Notes: a model not told the origin generated them from the letters alone. A DNA stretch of 32,000 bases from Chlamydiota bacterium (GCA_016196885.1 JACPWU010000024.1:45994-77993); one strand, 5' to 3'. Shown: positions 16,431 to 25,333, counted from the first letter of the stretch. Program-made: numbers and translations.

Positions 16431-17259
16431 AATTGGAAAATTTGACATTCAGGTGGTTTCTGATGGGAACTTCCTTTTGGATGGAGGGACGATGTTTGGT
16501 ATGCTCCCCAGAGCCATCTGGTCTAAATTTATTACAGTGGATCAAAACAATATGTTTCCCTGGGCGACGCATTGTTTGCTTGTTTCAGATGGTAAGAAAA
16601 AAATATTGATTGAAACGGGTGTGGGTTCAAAATTAAATGAGAAGAAAAGACAGATTTATGGTCGAAGTTCAGAAAATAAATTTCAGAAAAATCTGAAATT
16701 GTTAGGTGTGAGTTTTGATGAGATAGATTATGTTGTTACCACCCATCTTCACATGGATCATTGTGGAGGCTTTACAGATGAGGAAAATGAAAAATTAAAG
16801 CCGCGTTTTCCAAAGGCAAAATATTTGATTCAGAAAAAGGAATGGAATGCTGCGACGCATCCAAATCGTCTCACGCGAGGGACTTACTGGGTTGAGAATT
16901 TCTTGCCCGTATTTAAAGCCGGTCAGGTGGAGTGGTTGGAGGGGGATGCTGAGATTTTTCCAGGGATAAAAGTTTTCCTTACGGGGGCTCATTCAGAAGG
17001 CCATCAAGTGATTCAAATTTCTTCGCAAGGAAAAACTCTTTTTTGCCCGGGAGATCTGATCCCCAGTCATTGGCATTTGAGACAGACTTGTGTGTGTGCT
17101 TATGATTTGTCTCCGGTGGGGGTCATGCAAGAAAAAACACGTTGGTTGGAAAGAGTGATGAAAGAAAATTGGATTCTTCACAGTTATCATGATGTGGAAA
17201 TGGTTTTTGGTCGTGTCTCTCTAGAGAGGGAAGATTTTGTTGCTAAACCGCTAGAATAA
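16417..17259 (+). CDS. MBL-fold metallo-hydrolase
   Basis: THLHMDHCGG is the HxHxDH motif, with downstream H and D ligands. ATG at 16417 overlaps the cobA/hemD stop by 14 nt. Confidence 0.85.
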   Translation: MKHLEIGKFDIQVVSDGNFLLDGGTMFGMLPRAIWSKFITVDQNNMFPWATHCLLVSDGKKKILIETGVGSKLNEKKRQIYGRSSENKFQKNLKLLGVSFDEIDYVVTTHLHMDHCGGFTDEENEKLKPRFPKAKYLIQKKEWNAATHPNRLTRGTYWVENFLPVFKAGQVEWLEGDAEIFPGIKVFLTGAHSEGHQVIQISSQGKTLFCPGDLIPSHWHLRQTCVCAYDLSPVGVMQEKTRWLERVMKENWILHSYHDVEMVFGRVSLEREDFVAKPLE

Positions 17260-17260
17260 A

Positions 17261-17405
17261 TCAATGATGGGAATTTTCAATGACCCATTTCAAATTACAA
17301 ATGAATGATCCAATTTCCAATTTCCAATGACTCAAGATTTGGGAAGTTGGTCATTGCAAATTGGGAATTAATTTATAATTTGTTTATTGGTAATTTGTCA
17401 TTTGT
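17261..17405. repeat. Long imperfect hairpin built from CCAATTT heptamers (array D), preceded by a TTTCAATGACCC module-B-like motif
   Basis: CAAATTACAAATGAATGATCCAATTTCCAATTTCCAATGAC (17291-17331) pairs with GTCATTGCAAATTGGGAATTAATTTATAATTTGTTTATTGGTAATTTGTCATTTG (17350-17404). Confidence 0.75.
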
Positions 17406-17438
17406 TTTGATAGCTGGTTTGTATAACGAGAGGAATAT

Positions 17439-18440
17439 ATGTTTCCCATTCATCGTCCGAGAAGATTAAGACAAAGTGAATGCTTGCGAAGATTGTTGAG
17501 AGAGACCTCTCTTTCACGAGATCATCTCGTTTATCCTCTCTTTGTAAGACCTGGACATAAGGTTCGCAAAGAAATTTCTTCCATGTCAGGCATCTTTCAA
17601 TTTTCCATTGATTCCCTTTTGAAAGAAGTAGAAGAGGTGAGTAAACTTTCTATTCCTGCGATTCTTCTTTTTGGCATTCCAGAGTCGAAAGATGAAAAAG
17701 GCAGTTCCTCTTACCAGAAAGAGGGGATTGTTCAAAAAGCGGTTCGAGCGATTAAAAAAGAATTTCCTGATTTAGCTGTCATCACCGATGTTTGTTTATG
17801 TGCTTATACCATCCATGGACATTGCGGGGTCGTTAAAAGACAGAAGTCAGAAGACAGAAGTCAGAAGTCAGAAGTTTCTATTGATAATGATGAAACATTG
17901 CCACTTTTACAGAAAATGGCGCTCTCTCATGCGCAAGCAGGGGCTGATATGGTCGCGCCGAGTGCGATGATGGACGGGATGGTCAAGAGACTTCGAGAAG
18001 GTCTTGACGGAAATGGCTTTGAACATCTTCCCATCATGTCGTATTCCGCAAAATTTGCTTCCCATTTTTATGGGCCCTTTCGGGATGCGGCTGAATCTCC
18101 TCCTCAATTTGGAGACCGCAGAGGTTATCAAATGGATTTTGCCAATGGACAAGAAGCTCTCAGAGAGGTTGCTCTGGATATTGAAGAGGGTGCCGATATT
18201 GTCATGGTGAAACCGGCTTTAGCGTATTTGGATATTATTCGAAGAGTGAAAGAAAAATTTTCCATCCCCGTTGCCGCTTATCATGTGAGCGGAGAGTATT
18301 CTATGGTGAAGGCAGCGGCTCAAAAAGGCTGGCTCAGCGAAAAAGAAATCGTCATCGAAATTCTCACTTCCTCCCTCCGGGCGGGTTCCCAAATTCTGAT
18401 CACCTATTGGGCCAAGGACATCGCCGGTTGGTTGAAATGA
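17439..18440 (+). CDS. hemB: Porphobilinogen synthase (delta-aminolevulinate dehydratase), Zn type
   Basis: [14 protein letters not shown] is the Cys-rich Zn site. Also [20 protein letters not shown] and IVMVKPAL with the Schiff-base lysines. Confidence 0.95.
   Translation: MFPIHRPRRLRQSECLRRLLRETSLSRDHLVYPLFVRPGHKVRKEISSMSGIFQFSIDSLLKEVEEVSKLSIPAILLFGIPESKDEKGSSSYQKEGIVQKAVRAIKKEFPDLAVITDVCLCAYTIHGHCGVVKRQKSEDRSQKSEVSIDNDETLPLLQKMALSHAQAGADMVAPSAMMDGMVKRLREGLDGNGFEHLPIMSYSAKFASHFYGPFRDAAESPPQFGDRRGYQMDFANGQEALREVALDIEEGADIVMVKPALAYLDIIRRVKEKFSIPVAAYHVSGEYSMVKAAAQKGWLSEKEIVIEILTSSLRAGSQILITYWAKDIAGWLK
17841..17875 (+). repeat. Five tandem CAGAAGW heptamers inside hemB (array E, one-armed)
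   Basis: CAGAAGT CAGAAGA CAGAAGT CAGAAGT CAGAAGT, encoding part of [15 protein letters not shown]. Confidence 0.85.
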
Positions 18441-18497
18441 TTTTTAGTTCCTTCAAGCTTTTTTATAAAGCGAAAATTTCCTCGAATATGAATGTAT

Positions 18498-18725
18498 TCA
18501 AGAAAAAGCAGCATCAGGCTTGCCAAAATCAGGATGGTTTTCAACAGATTTTTCATCGTAGAATGATTGCTTTACCTCGTTAGGAGATGAATGTGTTTCT
18601 TCCCACAAAGTTAAAATTTCTTGCTTTAATCTTCGATTGTACAAAGCAATGAACGTGCACTCGATCATGAGCCCAATCATGATGATGGGCATAAGGATTT
18701 GATATGTTTTCTCCCATCGTTTCAT
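18498..18725 (-). CDS. 75-aa single-helix membrane protein, hypothetical, ATGA-coupled to manA
   Basis: MKRWEKTYQILMPIIMIGLMIECTFIALYNRR... The upstream part of the track ORF (to 18878) overlaps manA and is unlikely. Confidence 0.45.
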   Translation of the reverse strand: MKRWEKTYQILMPIIMIGLMIECTFIALYNRRLKQEILTLWEETHSSPNEVKQSFYDEKSVENHPDFGKPDAAFS

Positions 18726-19699
18726 TTTTTGAGATTTTCCCCGGGTAATACTTTTAAAATTCGAGTTGAGATATGAGGCATGACAGAAATCTTTCCTGCA
18801 TGTGCGGGAATCAAAATAAAATCCCCTTTTTGAAAGGATTCGCTTTCTATTTCTCCTTCTCCTTCCAAAATAATCCATACTTGAAAAAAGAGAGGTGAAA
18901 TTTCTTCCGCTTCTTCTTTAATATATTTTTTTTCGGAAACTTTGAAATAAGGACATTGAACCCATGTTTGATTAGATCGGGCTTTTTGATAAAAAGGAAT
19001 TTTTCCAGATGACTTGAATTCAATGACATGGATCCCTTGATCCAAATGAAGCGCTCGAGGTTTCCCGTCGGATCCGACTCTTCCCCAATCGCTCAGACGG
19101 TAGGTGAGGTCTGAGTTTTCCTGTATCTCAATCACCATATTTCCTTTGCCCAGGGCATGCACAGTTCCTGCAGGCAGAAAAAAAACATCCCCGGCTTGGG
19201 TGGGATAAATTTGAAGGCATTTAAAAATTTCTTTGGAATTTAATGCCTTTCGAAAAGTATCTCGCGAAATCCCTTTTTTAAGTCCACAATAATTTTGGGC
19301 TCCTTTTTTGCTCTCAAGGACATACCACATTTCTGTTTTACCGGGGTCTCCTTTTTCATGAAGCTCGGCATAGGCGTCCGAGGGATGCACTTGCAGGCTC
19401 AAGTCTTCTTGGGCATCGATGATTTTAAAAAGGAGGGGGAAGCGACGGGGGATCTTTGTAAATGAATTTCCGAGCAGAGCCTCGCCCAGGGTGTTCATGA
19501 GTTCATGAAGAGATTGACCTTGAAAGGGCCCGTTCTGAACGCATGTTTGATCTTCTGAGCGGTCGCAAATTTCCCAAGATTCTCCGATTTTCTGGCCGGG
19601 TGGGAGAGGTCGCCCCAAAATTTTCTCCAAATTCCTCCCGCCCCAAATTTTTTCCTTGAGAAGAGGTATAAATTTAAAAGGGTAAAGTGTTTTATTCAT
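18722..19699 (-). CDS. manA: Class I mannose-6-phosphate isomerase (cupin)
   Basis: FKFIPLLKEKIWGG, SLQVHPSD, TEMWYV and AGTVHALG, which include the metal ligands. Confidence 0.85.
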   Translation of the reverse strand: MNKTLYPFKFIPLLKEKIWGGRNLEKILGRPLPPGQKIGESWEICDRSEDQTCVQNGPFQGQSLHELMNTLGEALLGNSFTKIPRRFPLLFKIIDAQEDLSLQVHPSDAYAELHEKGDPGKTEMWYVLESKKGAQNYCGLKKGISRDTFRKALNSKEIFKCLQIYPTQAGDVFFLPAGTVHALGKGNMVIEIQENSDLTYRLSDWGRVGSDGKPRALHLDQGIHVIEFKSSGKIPFYQKARSNQTWVQCPYFKVSEKKYIKEEAEEISPLFFQVWIILEGEGEIESESFQKGDFILIPAHAGKISVMPHISTRILKVLPGENLKK

Positions 19700-19701
19700 A
19701 G

Positions 19702-19831
19702 TAATTTCAATGATCTTTCGAGATCATCGTGTGCGATGAAAGTTCTTCCCATCGTGTTTTTTTGTAGTCGCCCGATTCATCGGGCAATCCATGCAAGGGG
19801 CACACGGCAGCCCCATAAATGGGGCGACTAT
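19702..19831. repeat. Mosaic REP/MITE-like palindromic element, copy 2 (module B plus extended core)
   Basis: Module B is TAATTTCAATGAtctttcgagaTCATCGTGTGCGATGAAAG (19702-19742). The core is GTAGTCGCCCGATTCATCGGGCAATCCATGCAAGGGGCACACGGCAGCCCCATAAATGGGGCGACTAT (19764-19831). A further small palindrome GCCGACctcaGTCGGC follows. Confidence 0.75.
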
Positions 19832-19930
19832 AAGGGTGATTTTCATCCCCCCTTTGTGCCGACCTCAGTCGGCATGAATGTTTCATAGCAATGTGATTAT
19901 ATAAGAAAAAATCAGCCAGAGGTAGATTTC

Positions 19931-21166
19931 ATGAAAGAAAAAGAGTTCTATCGTTTGTGGGAGGAGAATAGTCTTCTTTACGGGAAAAACCATTTAAGAA
20001 TACATCATGAGCCCTATTTGATTTCTTCAGAGCAATCTTCCTTCTTTCGAAAGTCAGTTGAATTTCTTCAGGGCTTGATTGAAAAAGTGACAGGCCTTTT
20101 TATCAATGAGAAGTTTAGAGACATTCTCAAATTTGACCCTCGGCTCTTGGATTTGATTCTGGCCGATCCAGGCTATTCCATGGCTTGTCCGATTGGCCGA
20201 TGGGACAGCTTCTTTGATGGAAAAAATCTTCAATTTCTAGAATTAAATACCGACGGAACCTCTGGCATGGCTTATGTGGAAGAGCTAGACTCGCTTTATC
20301 AAAAGAAATTCCCTTCCAACAAAAAAAGTTATCCCTGTGAATTCAAAAAAAAGGTTTTGGATGTGCTTTTAAATTGCTTTCAGGAATGCCGTCAGCGTCG
20401 CGTTGAAAAACCTCAAATCGCTATCGTAGATTGGGAAAATGTGTCCACTCGGCCTGAGCAAGAAGTCCTGTCTTTTTATTTCCAAAACCAAGGGTATTCT
20501 TCCATTTTAGCAGATCCGCGATCTCTTTCTTATGATGGGCACATTCTCTCAAAAGAGGGGTTTCGCATTGACCTTATATATAGGAGGGTGGTCACTGGAG
20601 AGTATCTTGAGGCGTGGAGTGAGGTCAAAGCGATGACACGGGCCTATTTGGATCAAAATGTCTGCATGATGGGCTCTCTTCGATCTCAAATCGGTTTTGA
20701 TAAAAGGACACTGGCCATTTTGTCTGATCCAATGTTCGATACGTATTTTACTTCTGAAGAGAGAGCGTTGTGCGCTCGACACATCCCCTGGACGAGGGTT
20801 TTGAAAGAAGGGGAAACCGTTTTCCGAGGGGAAAGATTTAGCATTCCAGAGAATTTGGTCAAAAATCAGAGTTTATTCATTCTCAAACCGTCTGATCTCA
20901 ATCGAGGGCGCGGGATCGTTTTTGGATCTCAAGTTTCTGCTGTAAAGTGGGAAAAGGAGGTCAAACGAGGTTTGGGCCGGAATTATGTTGTTCAGGAGCA
21001 ATTACCCATGCCCCGATGGAAAGACGACTGGGGCTTTCATCTGGGTCATTTTGTCTTTGGAGGGAAATTATCGGGCTGGATGTGCCGCATCAGCCATGAC
21101 TTCATTTTAGGAGATACCTCGGATGAGCGATTGATCCCTTGCCTCAGTACCAAAAGGAAAGAATGA
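19931..21166 (+). CDS. Glutathionylspermidine-synthase-like / circularly permuted ATP-grasp family protein, function unknown
   Basis: 411 aa. GRWDSFFDGKNLQFLELNTDGTSGM resembles the pre-ATP-grasp R-x-D...E-x-N-x-D motif, and ILKPSDLNRGRGIVFG is a late ATP-grasp element. The assignment is from memory of family motifs. Confidence 0.55.
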   Translation: MKEKEFYRLWEENSLLYGKNHLRIHHEPYLISSEQSSFFRKSVEFLQGLIEKVTGLFINEKFRDILKFDPRLLDLILADPGYSMACPIGRWDSFFDGKNLQFLELNTDGTSGMAYVEELDSLYQKKFPSNKKSYPCEFKKKVLDVLLNCFQECRQRRVEKPQIAIVDWENVSTRPEQEVLSFYFQNQGYSSILADPRSLSYDGHILSKEGFRIDLIYRRVVTGEYLEAWSEVKAMTRAYLDQNVCMMGSLRSQIGFDKRTLAILSDPMFDTYFTSEERALCARHIPWTRVLKEGETVFRGERFSIPENLVKNQSLFILKPSDLNRGRGIVFGSQVSAVKWEKEVKRGLGRNYVVQEQLPMPRWKDDWGFHLGHFVFGGKLSGWMCRISHDFILGDTSDERLIPCLSTKRKE

Positions 21167-21488
21167 GCGTGCCCAAGAGCAGAATCACCCCTGACAGGAC
21201 CATGATGACCAGATCCCTTCCGAAGAAATGAATCGTCTTAGATCCGTACATCAGGCATAGGCCTAAAACCATCATGAGAGACAGCCAAATCATGGAGAAA
21301 ATGTTCCAGGACCAGGATAAAGGCACATTGCCCCAAAGGCATAACCTTAAAGTGCAGGAGGGGAGCCATAGCGTACCTGCGCACAAACTCCCCCAATAAA
21401 GAAAATTCCGAACGCGTTTTTTTAGCGCAATCAAAAGTGACACCGCGAGAAGTAGAATAGATATCCCTAAATCCAGTAAAATAGACAT
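21144..21488 (-). CDS. Hypothetical integral membrane protein (about 4 helices)
   Basis: ATG at 21488 gives MSILLDLGISILLLAVSLLIALKK... The alternative TTG at 21533 is possible. Its 3' end overlaps the ATP-grasp gene by 23 nt (convergent). Confidence 0.5.
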   Translation of the reverse strand: MSILLDLGISILLLAVSLLIALKKRVRNFLYWGSLCAGTLWLPSCTLRLCLWGNVPLSWSWNIFSMIWLSLMMVLGLCLMYGSKTIHFFGRDLVIMVLSGVILLLGTLILSFWY

Positions 21489-21540
21489 GTGGATAACACT
21501 TGCCTTTTTCGACCTCAAACTTGTTTGTTTCAAAGAATGA

Positions 21541-21578
21541 AAAACTCTCCTCTCATTTTTTCCTTTATGAGAGGAGAG
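21541..21578 (-). terminator. Terminator-like hairpin read on the minus strand
   Basis: CTCTCCTCTCAT-aaaggaaaaa-ATGAGAGGAGAG followed by TTTT on the minus strand. It sits immediately upstream of the membrane-protein gene. Confidence 0.4.
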
Positions 21579-22316
21579 CTTTGAAAATCTTTTGAGGTTC
21601 TATTAAATCAGACTTTTGCCCATTCTCCACCTTGTTTTTTGATTTTAGAACTTCATTCGAGATCATTTTTTAGTTCTAGAGCAGAAATTTTTTTTAGAAA
21701 GTTGTAGCAACTGAAAATTTTGAGGTGATTAAGAGAGAATGCATAGAATCTAAAAAGTTGTAGGTCATCTCAAAGAAAATTTTGATGTGCTGAGGAGGAA
21801 AAATATTTTTTTTCGAAGTTATGCGACAAAAGAAAGGAAAATTTTATTTTGAGAATTTTTTCGAGAGCGTTTTTTAAAATACTCAGATAATTTTTTATCG
21901 TAACTTATTCTTAAAGAATATGTTATGAATAATATTTTTTTGAAGTTTCTGAGATCATCCTTCTTCCTCACGAAAGCATGAAGCTCTTCCTCCATTTCAT
22001 AAAATTTTTTACAACTTTTTGATTTTTCTTTCTCACAAGCTCGGGACACCATTCAAAATTTTTATTTTTCTCAAGAACAATGCCAAGATGTTTCAAAAAA
22101 TATTTTTTCTTTGAGTGAAACATCATTTTTTCTTTCGTTTGTTTGAACGAACGAGAAAATTTATAAATGAAGCGGCGTCTGTAAATGGGTCTCAACATAC
22201 AACAAGAGTTTTTAACCTCTCAGCTTCCCTGAAATAAGTGGAGAGCTCCCCTCTTAATTTTAAGAGGGATGGGGGAGTTGATTTGTGTTTTGATATTTAT
22301 TTGAAGCAAAACGCCC

Positions 22317-22347
22317 TGTGAATAAGCTGTGGATAAGTTGTGGAATA
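22317..22347. promoter_or_regulatory. Three tandem DnaA-box-like 9-mers with 11-bp phasing
   Basis: TGTGAATAA gc TGTGGATAA gt TGTGGAATA. The middle one is the exact reverse complement of TTATCCACA. The cluster lies 10 nt downstream of the aroA stop and borders an AT-rich gene-free region. Confidence 0.4.
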
Positions 22348-22356
22348 CAGGATTGT

Positions 22357-23637
22357 TCAAATATGAGCTTCGAGTCGGCTAAAATCCCCCCAGAATTTGG
22401 GGTAGGATTTATTGACACACGAGGGATTTTGGATGATGATGCCTGGAATTTTGAGACCAGCGATGGCAAAACTCATGGCCATGCGATGATCGTTGTATGT
22501 TTTAATAGAGGCTCCGTTCAGTTTTGAGCTTCCAGAGATGGACAGATCATTCTTTTTAAGCTCTACCTCTCCTCCCATTTTTCTTAATTCGGTGGTGAGG
22601 GCTTCTAGGCGATCGGTTTCCTTTATTTTAAGATGACCGATGTTTCGAATCACCGTTTTCCCCTGGGCAAAAAGGGCCACAATGGCCAATGTTTGAACCA
22701 TGTCCGGCATGTCTTTCATGTCTACTTCAGTGCCGCAAAGAGGAGCCCCCGTTATTTCTATCCAATCTGTTCCTTTTTCCAAGCGACATCCCATTTGCTC
22801 AAGAATATCTACGAAGTGGACATCTCCTTGGACACTTGAATAGGGCAAATTTGTCACTTTTGCTTTTCCGCCTGTCAGGGCTGCAGCGGCAAAAAAATAA
22901 GAGGCATTTGAGGCATCTCCTTCAATCGAGTAGTAACGAGGCTTGTATTTCTGAGGGGCTTTGATTTTAAAGCGCCGATAATCCTTGCGTTCGACTTCCA
23001 CACCAAAGGTCTTCATCACAGACAACGTCATGTCCACGTATGGCTTTGATACCAACTCCCCTTTGATGTCAATTTGAAGAGACTCTTGGGCATAAGGAGC
23101 GGCCATGAGAAGGCCTGAGAGATATTGGCTTGATTTTTCTCCCATGAGCGTGGTTTTCCCGCCTTTGAGTCCTTGGGCTTCGATGATAATAGGAGGAAAC
23201 TCCTCTTTCAATTCACTGCGGCATTCTATTTTAAGGCGATGGAGGGCGTCCAAAAGATCGCCAATAGGCCTTTCCCTCATTCTTTCATCTCCGTCCAGAA
23301 TGTAAGGACCCTGACCTAAGGTGAGAAGGCTTGTCAGAAATCGAAATGTCGTGCCAGAATTTCCAGCAAAGATTCTTTTCTTGGAAGGACTGATGCGGCC
23401 AGTTCTTCCCATGACAACAAGATTTTCACCTTCGAGATGAATGGGGATGCCTAATTGTTCGAGTGCTTTGATCATGAGATCGGTATCGTCCGCTTGAAGG
23501 TAATTGGAGAGGTAGCTGATGCCGTCTGCCAGGCCTGCCGTGATCAGTGCCCGATTCGTGTAGCTTTTGGAACCCGGGGCACGAATGACACAATTTATTT
23601 TTGAAATGGGTTTGATTTCAATATCAGGTGATTGCAT
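22357..23637 (-). CDS. aroA: 3-phosphoshikimate 1-carboxyvinyltransferase (EPSP synthase)
   Basis: 426 aa with APGSKSYTNRALI, GNSGTTFRFL, DHRMAMSFA. Confidence 0.95.
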   Translation of the reverse strand: MQSPDIEIKPISKINCVIRAPGSKSYTNRALITAGLADGISYLSNYLQADDTDLMIKALEQLGIPIHLEGENLVVMGRTGRISPSKKRIFAGNSGTTFRFLTSLLTLGQGPYILDGDERMRERPIGDLLDALHRLKIECRSELKEEFPPIIIEAQGLKGGKTTLMGEKSSQYLSGLLMAAPYAQESLQIDIKGELVSKPYVDMTLSVMKTFGVEVERKDYRRFKIKAPQKYKPRYYSIEGDASNASYFFAAAALTGGKAKVTNLPYSSVQGDVHFVDILEQMGCRLEKGTDWIEITGAPLCGTEVDMKDMPDMVQTLAIVALFAQGKTVIRNIGHLKIKETDRLEALTTELRKMGGEVELKKNDLSISGSSKLNGASIKTYNDHRMAMSFAIAGLKIPGIIIQNPSCVNKSYPKFWGDFSRLEAHI

Positions 23638-23640
23638 GGT

Positions 23641-24636
23641 TTAATGAGCTTCCGTTTTTTGAGTTTTGGTTGAATAACCTTCCGGATGATTTTGAAGCCA
23701 TTTCCAGGCGCTGGTAATTATTCCTTCTAGCGCAGGGTATCGAGGTCTCCAACCTAATTCTTTTTCAATTTTTTGGGAGTTCGCAATGAGAGAAGGAGGA
23801 TCACCCCATCTACGAGGTGATATTTTGGTCGGAATTTTGATCCTGCAAACTCTTTCAGTGGTTTGAATGACCTCTTTGACGGAATATCCATGACCATTAC
23901 CTAGATTAAAAGCCGTTGTTTGCTCTAGCTTAAGGGTCAGGATATGAGCCTGGGCAATGTCTAAAATATGAATGTAATCCCGGACGCAAGTTCCATCAGG
24001 TGTGGGATAATCATTTCCATAAATTTCGACATGGGGAAGGTGTCCCAGGGCTGCTTTTAGAACATTGGGGATGAGATGCGTTTCGGGGTCATGAACTTCA
24101 CCTAATTTTTCAGTCGCGCCTGCTGCGTTGAAATAGCGTAGTGAAACAGCTTTTAATCCATAAGCCTGAGAATACCATTTGAGAATATTTTCAAAGGCCC
24201 ATTTGGTTTCCCCATAAGGATGGGTCGGACTCCGATGTGTTTCTTCTGTGATGGGCATTTTTTCTGGATTTCCATAAATGGCGCAGGAAGAAGAAAAGAT
24301 GATTTTAGGAATTTGATTCTCTCTCATGGCCTCCAGAAGACAAAGCCCTGCGGTGACATTGTTTTGATAATAAAGAGAAGGATTTGAAACGGATTCCGGG
24401 ACCAGGCATGAGGCGGCAAAGTGCATCACCGCGTCAAAAGATTTTTTCGAGAAGGTTTTTTTGAGAAGGGTCGCATCTGCAATATCTCCTTGAATGAAAT
24501 CGGCTCTTTTGTCCACCGCTTCTGGGTGACCTTCTTTCAAATGATCCAGGACCGTCACTTCATGCCCTTGATTGAGAAGCTCTTGAGTGGTGACGCTGCC
24601 AATGTAGCCTGCTCCGCCTGTGACTAAGATTTTCAT
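23641..24636 (-). CDS. galE: UDP-glucose 4-epimerase
   Basis: MKILVTGGAGYIGS, YGETK as the YxxxK motif, DGTCVRDYIHI. Confidence 0.95.
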   Translation of the reverse strand: MKILVTGGAGYIGSVTTQELLNQGHEVTVLDHLKEGHPEAVDKRADFIQGDIADATLLKKTFSKKSFDAVMHFAASCLVPESVSNPSLYYQNNVTAGLCLLEAMRENQIPKIIFSSSCAIYGNPEKMPITEETHRSPTHPYGETKWAFENILKWYSQAYGLKAVSLRYFNAAGATEKLGEVHDPETHLIPNVLKAALGHLPHVEIYGNDYPTPDGTCVRDYIHILDIAQAHILTLKLEQTTAFNLGNGHGYSVKEVIQTTERVCRIKIPTKISPRRWGDPPSLIANSQKIEKELGWRPRYPALEGIITSAWKWLQNHPEGYSTKTQKTEAH

Positions 24637-24873
24637 GCAAGTCAGTTCGTTAAAGTTTTATTCGTACATTCTGACAGTACCAAGGATAAGGGGCCTAAAA
24701 CCCTAACCTAAAAAGATTATTAACTTATCGGGAGGATATTGCCTCCTTAGTAGTGCCACATCTTATGGATTTTTCGAGCTTCTGGCAATAAGAAAGGGGC
24801 ATCATTTTTGGGCCTTTTTTTGAGGTTTTGGAGTAGAATGATCAGAATCTGATGCCGGTAGAAAAGAGGAGGC

Positions 24874-25333
24874 ATGGCAAAGATTATTTTACAAGAAAGG
24901 GTAGAAAAGAAAATATTGTTGATTCGAGGTAAGAAGGTTATGTTGGACAGTGATTTGGCAGAATTGTATGAAGTGGAAACAAAAAATCTCAATAAGGCTG
25001 TCAAAAGAAATTAAAAACTTGAGGTTCCAAATTGGAACCTCAAGTTGGGGTGGTAGAAGATATTTTCCCTGTGTTTTTACAGAACAAGGGGTAGCCATGC
25101 TTTCGAGTGTGTTGAACAGTGAAAGAGCTGTTCAGGTGAATATTCAAATCATGCGTGTTTTCACCCGACTCAGAGAACTACTTCTAACACATGTGTCACT
25201 CAAAAGAAAAATTGAAGAAATGGAAAAGAAGTATGACCAACAATTTCAAGTGGTATTTGATGCGATCAGGGAATTGATAGAAGGTTCGGTTGAAGAAAAG
25301 CCAAGGAGAAGGATAGGATTTCATACAGAATGA
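24874..25333 (+). pseudogene. ORF6N (KilA-N-like) domain gene disrupted by an internal deletion and frameshift
   Basis: The N-terminal piece [46 protein letters not shown] stops at 25012-25014. The remainder, ...[52 protein letters not shown]..., continues in another frame. The segment corresponding to IERFPEDFMF in the intact neighbour is missing. Confidence 0.7.

Noticed and set aside
1503-17405. Short tandem repeats as a CRISPR array
   Set aside because: The units are 7-8 nt with no spacers, the arms are inverted, and there are no cas genes, so this is not CRISPR.
18726-18878. Upstream two-fifths of the 126-aa minus ORF
   Set aside because: It overlaps the manA C-terminus in another frame. 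Only the ATGA-coupled 75-aa portion is plausible.
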